Shown piece after piece: positions 26,376 through 37,500 of a stretch of 64,000 nt of DNA. This DNA comes from Chiloscyllium plagiosum. Its lineage: Eukaryota. Position 1 is the first letter of the stretch. Each line of letters starts with the position of its first letter. The notes under the pieces were generated by a model. It was given only the letters and a program-made list of their open reading frames with translations. It was not told where the DNA came from and made no database searches. The DNA lies in contig NC_057718.1 in assembly GCF_004010195.1 (NCBI RefSeq), positions 56,912,636 through 56,976,635 on the forward strand, in the 5' to 3' direction. A program made the translations under genes and the position numbers.

Positions 26376-26949
26376 AACACATCCTAAGATCACAAAGTCA
26401 AAGCATCATATAGCAAAGGAGGCCAATCAGCCCAATATGTCTGCTGTTTTAATTCAACCTGTACTACCTGATTTTACTCTCCATACTTTCACAAATTTCA
26501 AAGCTCAAACATTTATCCAATTCATTTTGTGAGATAAAATTGATTCTGCGTCCATCAACCTTTCAAGCTGTGCATTCCAGGTGTCATTTTGTTGTGAAAA
26601 AATTCTTTTGTCAAATACCTTAAGTTTGTCTTCTCATTACATACACTTCCATCTTTGGAACGTTACTTACCATTTACATTGTTAAAACAAGTCATAATTT
26701 TGAACACCTGATATTGCAAAAGACTCAATGCATGGCTTGTGAGATTTAGAATGTAAATTTTAGAAATTAAAATTTGTGGAATCTGATTGAGATACTGATA
26801 AATAACTGACGTGTAGCTGCTCAACCAAAAATACATTCGTTACATGTAAAAGCCAATCTATGTTTGGCTCCATCTCTAAAATTATAGTGAAACTAGGGAG
26901 TCTGGGAAATAAAGTCATAAAGCACCATTACCATTGTAAATTATGCATG

Positions 26950-28050
26950 TGAGTTGCAGATCTAACAGTTGTGCTGCAGATGAAATATGTTCTTGGCTTT
27001 TCTGTTTGAATCATTCCAAGACATGCCACGTTTTTGTTGACTGACGCAGACAGTTCTGTACTCTTTGGATTTCACAAGGAAAAAGCAGTTGGAAGATTTG
27101 GTATAACTTGTAGTTGTTGCAACAATCTGCAACAGTTCGCACAGACTTTTATGGCAAGTAGTATCAGATTGATGAGTTAGCTTAAAACTTAAATAAAGTT
27201 ATGGGAGCAGACGGAGGGTAAAGCAGTTCATGTACGTCTGAAGCCAGAACAATGAGCTAAAGAGTTTATAGCCATTAATGAAACTTCAAAAGGTCACTGT
27301 CAAAAAAGACAGGAGATAATTTAACGAAATCTTTAGACCCTCAGGCACACCTAACATTGAAGTGGGTCTACTGAGAAATCGAGGGAATCGGTCTTGACAA
27401 CATCTGCTTTTTCATGTTGTTGTTGGATTATTTGACCAAAGTTTGTTTACCCACAGTTAGCTTACACAAATGCTGAGTATTGAGTGTAAGTTGTATATAT
27501 AGTTTTAGCTTGTTTTACCTTATATAGGGAAGTTTAGTTGAATTGTACAAAAGCTTGCAATCTTGTAGTTTTATTCTCTTATTACATATCTCGGATCTCA
27601 AACTTCATCTACTTGAACTAGCAAGCAAGCATTCCTGGTCCCTAATCAGGTGGAGAGATCATTTGGTAGCCTCGTCAGGAATAATAATAGAAGCTCCAAA
27701 CAAAATCCTGAAGAACACACCTTTAAGAAATTAACAATGGGAATTCCCTTGGAGCAACACACAATGGACACTGTACCTTTAGTGCAAGATTGCTGAAAAC
27801 TGTAGAAACATTCATATAAATGATTTTGTTTTCCCAATCTTTTGCCAAAGTTAACACAACCAATAGGGACAACTATCTTGGTATATCCCAACTTTAGTAC
27901 ATAAGGTCAGCCAAGAATTTTGACGGACATCAATTTTACATGGGTGCAGAAAGACTGCATAATTATCAGAAAACTGCTCCGAGGAGACCAGTGTACATAG
28001 CAAATCAGAAGATTACAGTCTCAGTTTACTGCCTCATTTGACACAGGTCT
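26950..28050 (+). mobile_element. Possible very old PLE RT remnant
   Basis: tttgaccaaagtttgtttaccc (FD..SLFT-like, ~27432) followed by atgggaattcccttg (MG.PL, ~27738) at PLE-like spacing; heavily decayed. Confidence 0.3.
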
Positions 28051-28388
28051 TAACACACCAACTAAAAAGTTACTAGTGAAACATTTTTTAAATTGAATTA
28101 AATGATCAACATTCTGAATGCCAAATATTCAATAGTTTTTCAAAGTTTTAGTTGTAGTTTGTAGCACATACTTAACGAGCAAGATATAGTGCTTAATTGC
28201 TACTTCACTAATGAATGTTGTGATTGATTGTTAATAAGCCACCTAAAAATTAACTGCTACCAGAAAATAAGTAATGGAAATGTGGAATGTTTCTCTCCGT
28301 ACATCTTGTAATCTTCCAGCTACATTTTTTGCAGCATTTAAATTAAGTCAATTTTGAGAATTTTCTAGAATAGTATTTGCCACTGTAC

Positions 28389-28532
28389 CTCACATTGCTC
28401 GTCTCTTTCATCCACAAGCCTTTTCAGATTAATTGCCATTTTTCTGAAAAAGACATTAAGGTCCTCACGGGAGAGATCAACTAATTCCATCCACTGCTGC
28501 ATATCAAAGACATTTTCTTGATTGTGAGTCAC
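28389..28532 (-). CDS. CCDC88A: CCDC88A internal exon (approx. human exon 7), 144 bp
   Basis: TTATAAAG|GTG ACT CAC...[60 protein letters not shown]. Confidence 0.93.
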
Positions 28533-31500
28533 CTTTATAACACAAAAATGGATTATAATTTAGAGTGACACCTAACAGTATTTGTTGACATTGTATTGTG
28601 AAAAATAAAACCAAGCTGAAAAAAAAAACACCTAGCTTTTTACAGCAATGATTTGTGTACAATGTTACTTCAAATGACACATTTAAGAATCAATATATTT
28701 TGACTTGAACATTAATCAGTGAAGTTTTGTCACATATTTAGTCACAGTCATTCCTCTACCTGCGAACTCACAAATCATAAATATAAATAAAAGAAACTAA
28801 ACATTCAAAATTCACGAGAAAAATCTCACCCATCCATAAACACTTTCACTTACATAGCAATCCCGTTTCACTCTCACTTTGACATGATCCAGTACATAGC
28901 TCTTCCCCTCAATGAGCAAGGACATAGGTGATAGGGTTGATGAACATATTGAAGACCAGCGCCAGATGGAAGTAGAAGAGGGGGACATGGGGAGGCCGGG
29001 GCATGGGTACCACCCATAAACTCCTCTAGCAATGTGCAACCCTGGTACACAGAACTTCTCGCCTTTATCGGTCAGTCATAATATACTTGAATTCGTTTCA
29101 ATACTTTATTTATATTAACTTTTGTTTCAGATGGTTTGGCAAAAAGTCAATCTTGAGGTCTGGGAACCTTACACTATTTTTACCATAAATTATTAAGCTC
29201 TGCACTGGCAAATTCATCGTTTGTGGGGCTTTTCAGGTATAGAACCCTCATGGATACCAAGGAATGACTGTATTCTATTGTACAATGCACAAACAAATAT
29301 AACACGAAGATATACTTATAACTGAAGCTTATATGGGGTGAATACAAAGTATGGAAGACTGTTACTTTAAGGGATGTCTATTCTGGGTTCACAAGTGACC
29401 TCTCTAGGCAAACATGCCTTTACTTCCTGCCAACAGAGAACAACGCTTGAATCCAGAAAACAACAGTAAGAGTTCTTAAAACTTAACTTAAAACAATGAG
29501 TTCAAATAAAATCAGAAAGAAAAGTGGTTAAGTAGTTCCTTAATTAACAAGTCAGTTTACCAATTCTGGTTGACTATGTGAATCAAATAACTGCATACAA
29601 TCTTTTCTCCACTATGCACTACCTCAAATTTTGGAGTGCTGCCTTAGGATCGATACTTCTGAACAGCAGGTTCCAGTGTTTCCATAATTCATGTTCCACA
29701 CTTCATGTGTGGGCCTCTACAACTTTCTTTTTGGAGGGGTGGGGCAAAAGAGGACGACGGGCTGAAGAATGAATGGCTTCATAGTTGAAATATCCATGTT
29801 CTCATCAACATCTTTACATGCAAACACCTTACGAATAGTTCAAAGTTATAAAATTACTGTTCTGTATTTGCTGAACATACCTCTTGAATATGAGTTGCAA
29901 CAGCAGCCTTTGTATCAAAATCAAGACTTTTTATCCTCTCAATAAATTCTTCCTTTCGTTCGCACTGGAACAAATTAAAAATAGACTGTTAACCCATACA
30001 TTTTTTTTTTTAGGTACAGGAGGTGACCCCCTTAAAAAATAACTGAGAAATAAGCCTTTTTTAGCAGAGGCATAGAGTTTAAAAACAGGAGGTTACGCTG
30101 GAAATGTATAAAATGTTAGCTTGGTCACAGTTAGACTATTGTAGATCTCTATGATTCTACAAGATTTACAACAATAGATTCATCCTAAACAGCATTGTGA
30201 AAAGCAACACAAGTCAAGCAAAACAACACAGACAATAAAACATTCGGAGTTCTAGAACACTGATCGAACTCAGGTTCTGCTCAGACTCAGGAACTCTACC
30301 CTCATCCTCCAATAAGCTGATGTAAGCTTGCTTTCTGGAGGTGGACGATGACTGCAAGGTGAGTTTATTGATCTAAGGAGGGGGCCTTGGAAGAGCAAAG
30401 ATTAGAGGAATGAAAATACACCACTTCAATAAAAGGTGTTGTTTAATGCAAAGTTAAACAATTTCTACAAGCATATAATCACTGGGTAACTGAAGACTTT
30501 GATATACAGTTTGTTCTGCTGTAACGCAGTAGTTGCGTTTTCGTGCAACCTCATGTTACAGAAAATTGCACAATAGAAATATCAGAGCCTATGGGAAAAA
30601 GAGGGCTGGGGAAACCACCAAAAATATCAGTTAAAATCGAAACAAAAACAATAGTCAGCCTAACGCAAACAATAGCACAGTCTAAGTAAATGTTAAAATC
30701 ATATATTTTAATGAAATAATACAATAAAATTAACACTTTCAGGAGTTTCTGAGTTTGCCAAGTTACAGTACTGTGTTAATATAGGGGCTGAGGGTCATCA
30801 GCAGCATTATCATTACTTTCAGACATAAGTCTGGGTGCAGAGTTACAACGAAAAATAAATTTAGTTCAGAAGTGGATGGCTGTGGTTCATTGTCCTCAGA
30901 CTGTTTCTTGGGGGGTTGGTTTAAAAAAGGCATCTAGTTTTTACTGCCTTGCCATCTTGCTTCTTTCATGAAAAAGCTGTTCATAGGGTGCCAGATAAGA
31001 CTTTATGCCATGAACTGCTATCTTACTGCATCTTGCATTGTAGTCATTGTCTTCAAGAGCTGCAACTGCTTCTCAACTTCCCTCAGGATAGAAGACAAGA
31101 CAGAAGTGGAAGGTTCTCGTGGTGCTGCATCCTGGACTTCATAGGTCTCCATCTCAAGCTTCAATTTCCCCCGCAGCAACAAGTTGTAGATCAGTCTCCA
31201 ATTCTTCAAATCCAAATTGCTTTGCAAGAGCAACACTATGTTCTTTGATTGCTGGAAGCTCCTTTGATGATTCAACGTCTTTAAGATCATGATGAAAATC
31301 TGGGAGAGGCTTCCACCAAACTGCATGCACGTAGTCCTTAATGACACCACCTCAGGCCTCAACAGTGATGTCAATAGCATTCCAAATGTTAAAGCTTTTC
31401 CAAGATTGAAGAACACTGTCCTCATTACTATCCTCAGTAGCTGCAATCAGCTTCCTGAATGTGCGCCTTAAATAATAAACTTTAAAAGCTACCATTGTAC

Positions 31501-34500
31501 CCTGGTCCTTGGGTTGAATGAGAAAGATTGCCTTCAGAGGTAGAAATAGCACACTGATGTTTTCAGAAAGCTCATCAATGGCGAGAGGATGGCTTGGTGC
31601 ATTGTCTAGAATGAGGAGAATCTTGAAATCCAAATCTTTTCTCCAGCAATAATTTTAAAAACATCCTCAAAAACATCAACAATATTCCAGCTCTTTTGCT
31701 TGACCTGAAGTAAACACCTAGAGTGGACTTAACATAACTGGGATTGGAATTGCATAATAACCAGCGAGAGTTCATGTTTTAAAAATTTGTTCCTCAAGAT
31801 AGACGGTGGCAATGGAAGGTTGTTTTTCAGACTGGAGGCCTGTGACCAGTGGAGTGCCACAAGGGTCCTCTACTTTTCATCATTTATATTAATGATTTGG
31901 ATGTGAGCATAAGAGATATCATTAGTAAGTTTGCAGATGACACCAAAATTGGAGGTATAGTGAACAGCAAAGAAGGTTACCTCAGATTACAACTGGATCT
32001 TGACCAGATGGGCCAATGGGCTGAGTAGCAGATGGAATTTAATTTAAATAAATGTGAGATGCTGCATTTTGGGAAAGCAAATCTTAGCAGGACTAATCCA
32101 CTTAATGGCAAGGTTCTAGGGAGTGTTGCTGAACAGAGACCTTGGAGTGCAGGTTCAGAGCTCCTTGAAAGTGGAGTCGCAGGGAGATAGTATAGTGAAG
32201 GCGGAGTTTGGTATGCTTTCCGATATTGGTCGGAGTACTGAGTACAGGAGTTGGGAGGTCATGTTGCAGCTGTACAGGACATTGGTTAAGCCACTGTTGG
32301 AATATTGCATGTAATTCTGGTCTCCTTCCTATTGTAAGGATGTTGTGAAACTTTAAAAAGGTTCAGAAAAGATTGACAAGGATGTTGCCAGGGTTGGAGG
32401 ATTTGAACTATAGGGAGAGGCTGAATGGTCTGGGGCTGTTTTCCCTGGAGCGTCAGAGGCTGAACGGGGAACCTTATAGAGATTTACAAAATCATAAAGG
32501 GCAGGATAGGATAAATAGACAAAGTCCCTTCCTGGGGTGGGGGTGTCCAGAAGTAGAGGGCATAGGTTTAGGGTGAGAGGGGAAAGATGTAAAAGAGACA
32601 TAAGGGGCAATTTTTTCACTCAGAGGGTGGTGTATGGAATGAGCTACCATAGGAAATGGTGGAGGCTAGTACGATTGCAAAATTTAAAAGGCATTTGGAT
32701 GGGTATATGAATAGGTAGGGTTTTGGGGGATATGGGCCAGGTGCTGGCAGTGGGACTAGATTGGGTTGGGATATGTGGTCGGCACGGACGAGTTGGACTG
32801 AAGGGTCTTTCCGTGCTGCACATGTCTATGACTATGACTAATTCACCAATCGCATTACAGCCAAATTGCGTTGAAGAAACACATGTTACAGCAGAACAAC
32901 TTGTAATTACAAAACACAGCAGGAGAATGATAAAAGATGGCCAATAAAACACAGAGGTAAGGCTCATTACTATCAAACACATGAAAAAGTAATGCACAAA
33001 AAAAAACCTCAGATTGAAATCTAAAACTGTTAAATGACTCATCAAAACGTGGAAAATACATCAAAGGCACCAGGGCAATCCATTCTGATTCACAGAGATG
33101 GAGCATTACTTGCTCCAAAAGAGTTGACCCAATCTAGAAGCAAACTACCTTACTGATTAGCACATAACTTTATATATGTGCAACATTAAAAATATTCAAA
33201 GGCCCTTAATGATGAATAAGGTCAGAGAATGTGGGTCAGGAGATAACTGGCAGCAAGGATTGTTAGCTGGATATAAAACAAAAATGGATGTGGGAATAAC
33301 GACAAAACGTCTGAGGAGCATAAGGATAGAAGTGGTCTTACATAAGATTCAATGCTGGAACCAACACTTTTCAGAATTTTACCATTTTTCCCTTCAATAG
33401 CATTACCATATCCTTGAACAACATCCCAGGAATCACCATTGACCAAAAAATGAATTACACTAGCTATATAAATACTGCTACAACAACAGCAAGTCAGAGA
33501 GTAAAAGGTATGAAACACGTAATTCATCTCCAGTCTCTCTAATGCCTGTCTACTAAGTACAAGGCTCAAGTGTGAAATGTGACAGAAATGCTCTCCACTT
33601 GCTTGGGTGACAGAACAGCTTCCACTAACCATCCTCACCACCATTCTTTCCACCATCACATACAGTGACTGCAATGTGTATATCTATTACATGATGAGTT
33701 CCAGCAATTCACCCAGACTCCTTCAACAGCACAATCCAAATCACAACCTCTACCATGTAGAAGGATAAATGGAGCAGAAGCAATGGAAGACCACCAACAT
33801 GTTCTCCTCCAAGACACATACCATCTTGACCTGGAATTATGTCACTGTTCCTTTGTCGTCACCAGGTCAAAATCCTGAAAATTCATTCCCAATTGCACTT
33901 GATTGACTGCAGCAGCTCAAGAAAGCAGATCACCACCACTTTCTCAAGGGCAATTAGGGACAGACAATGAATGATAGTCCTTCCATCAATGCTCACATTC
34001 CACAAACAAATGAAACAAACTACACAAATAATTTGCTCATTGGAATCAAAAACACAATTAATACATTTGTATATACCACCAAACTGGTGGTGGAAAGGGT
34101 TATTCAATATTGAGAGATTACAATAAAATACAGGAGGACATGAATAAATTTAGGAAAATAACTGGCAACTCAATGTCAAACAGATAAATGTGAAGTCGTG
34201 AATTTTGGAAGGAAGAATGGGGGCAGCAGAAGATTGCAGGGTGATCATTTGGAAGGTAAAGACCAAGGTAGGTACATGAATTACAGATGTTCAATTGCAA
34301 ACATATCAAATCACAAAAAGTTACAGGTCAGTAAAGCCATAAAAAAGCCAATATAACAAGTCTCAATTTCTAGAGAGATTAGGCAGAAAAGTTGTAAAGT
34401 TGTGTGAATTTAAATTTATTTACAACGTGCTTAAAGCATACTTGGTAAGCAGTTCCAGTTGCCATATTAAAAAAAAATCAGAAAGGATGCAGAGTATATT

Positions 34501-37500
34501 CATATGGATGCCAACAAAAAATACCTGGATTCATATGTTAGGAAAGGAGTAACAGACTGGACCTTATTTTTCAGACAAAAATAATAATGAGTGTATTAGA
34601 TTTAGATTTAGGCTTGATTGTCACATGTACTCAAGTACGGGGTACAAGTGTACAATGTTGCCATGTGGTTTTCAAAGTTATGGAAACTCAAGAGGGTTTG
34701 GTGATGGAGAAAACTTTTGCCCTGTAAGAAAGAGCAGAATTAAAGATGGTCAACAAGAAATACAATATGAAATTTAGAAGAAACTATTTTAACCAAAAGG
34801 CAGCAAGAATGTGGAACTCACTACCGCAGGGGCTTTACAATTTGCAGCACAGAAGGAGGCCATTTTTCTCATCATATCACTACCAGTCAATAAAGATCTG
34901 ACTACATAAATTCCAGTTTACAGTTCATGACCATAGCCCTGCAGGTTACAACACTGCAAGTGAATATCTAAATACAGCTTAAACAGTGAGGATTTCTGAC
35001 TCAATTAGCTATCAGGCAGTCGAGTTACAGACTTCCACTGCTCTCTGGGTGAACAAAGTTAGTTCTATTCACCTTTTAGATTCAAGGTGAAAGGTAGAAG
35101 GCTATGTGGCCTGATTATTCACCTCTTACTATTTGAAATCTGAGGTATAATTTGGAAGGTTCCAGCATAACCTCTCTGCTTTTATATTCTATGTCTTGTG
35201 TAATAAACATAAGCATCCCATATATCCTGTTAACTACCTTTATGTACCTGCCCAGTGAAGTGGGAGATGGCACAGCGCAGGGTGACACTAGGCACACAGA
35301 CACACAAGATGGCCGCTGAACCATAAGTTGGCCATTTGACACACAAGATGGAGAGAGATAGCAGTGCAAACACAGACACTGCCGGGTGCCATCAGAATGC
35401 CAGCACAATGCACTCACAACCTCGTGGTTTAGTTTAAGGTGGGTGGGGGAGAGAATACACATGAGTAGCATATACTGCCCGCCGAAGTATCTGGGTCCAG
35501 CCAACACCATTGATATCAAGCTGTTAACATTTCTACAGGCTCAATACAAAGTGCAAATAGCCAGGGCTGCAGTAATCGTCCTTCTCCGGAAGAGCGATTA
35601 GCGCCCATTCCTAGAGCAATGAACTTCTGCGCAGACATTGAAACTGACAATGTCTGCACTGAAACTGACAATGTCTGCATCAAAACTATCAACGATTCTG
35701 CATTATTTAAAACAAACTGTGTTACAGAGACAATAACCTCATAACTGACCTATTATATCACAAAATGTATTAAAGTATCTTGACATGTGCTCCAGGTTGA
35801 GAGAAGAGTCACAGCTGACTACTGTGCTGTTGATGTCTTTCTCTCCATGGAGCACCGGTATTTCCTTGTACGATAAACTCTGTCGTTGAACCCAGACTCT
35901 GACTCCAAGACTAGTGATTTTCCCCACAACACCTGCGACCTTCAGAATTCCTTGTGACCTTTTGCAGATTTTTTTGAAATTGTCCAATTGGAAAAGACAG
36001 AAGTAATTTGACTATGCTATTACCAACCGAAATAACTGATTAAGATAAAATGGGGAAAAGGCATCATCAGGTGGTTTCACATTAAGCATAGTGATACAAC
36101 AAAAAATAAAGTCATGCCAGAGGACATTCAATGTTATAATATACCCTAAAAGAGCTTTTCATTTTAATATTCTTTGGTCTTGACAAATTTTAACTTGAAA
36201 TGAATTTCAAAAATAAATTGAGGAGCAAACTTTTGATTGAAAAAGTAAACATAAACACTACCAACCTGAACAGCACAGCCTAGCAGAAGCAAAAGTAGTT
36301 TCTTCATCTCTTCAATACCTTGCTCTGAAACAAAACAATCATCACAGTTAACCACCATAATTCAACTATACATAGGTAGCTTCAAATAGGTCAACATATT
36401 GTGTAAAAATCTGCAGTTCTGTTAATTGTAATTAACAATAATGAAAGAAATACAATGAAACACTAAACATTAAGCTGTCCCTGATTGCTTCATAAATGAA
36501 CAATGAGGAAATCATTGGACAGATTGACATAGCTGGAGTTTGGTCAATGACTCAATTGCAAGAGACAGAAAATAAAGATTTTGTGTATTGGCAAAATGCA
36601 TTTTTTAAACATGTATACTGTATACATGTGATCTATAGCAACAATTCTACTTTAAATATTTATTACTTATAAAACAGATTTTCTTTCATAACCTAGGGTT
36701 TTATTCTTAATTTTTAGACTACTGCATTACAGTCAACTATAATATTTATTTTTCACCATGGTATGTTCGGTGCACAAATAATCCAAATCCTTTGCCAATA
36801 GGATTCTGTGAAACGTAATACATTGATAATACATAATCTTATTGAATGGTGGAGCAGGCCCAAAGGACCAAAGCATCCAACTCCTGCTCTGAAGTTCTCT
36901 GTTACAAAAAAATAGACTCCAGATGTTATACCCACTTATATTTGCAATTTGGGTGTTATTTCTTTGCTGACATTTCTTAACATATCATTTATTAGGGATC
37001 TGGAAATGTATAGGCCAGCAGATATCCATTTCACTCAAATATTGGTCTTTAAATTCAATCCATCCAACTATTGTCATAGATAAACAGAAATTGCAGTGAA
37101 CTTGAGTTTCAGTGTGGTATGTCATCGCCCTCATCCTTTTCTCTATCTTCACTGCCACCACTCTTCACTTGTCAAGATGAAGTTTCACAATAGTGTGGAC
37201 ATTGTCTACAAGATGGACAAAACAAAAACTTTTCAACTTTAAACAGCTAAAATTTGAGAAGAAAATGAAATTAACGTTGCTGGTGGAACTTCAGTATGTG
37301 AATGCCAATCTCTGCTTTATGCACTCAGAAAACTTTAAAATCTCATTTAAATCCAGTTTCCGGTTTCCTCACACAGTCCCAAAATGTGCAGGTCAGGTGA
37401 ATTGGCCATGCTAAATTGCCCGCAGTGTTAGGTAAGGGATAGATGTAGGAGTATGGGTGGGTTGCGCTTCGGCGGGGCGGTGTGGACTTGTTGGGCCGAA

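Noticed and set aside
35639..35680. CRISPR-like or other array
   Set aside because: Only two adjacent units, no spacers, vertebrate intron context; no CRISPR or prokaryotic system is evident anywhere in the window.
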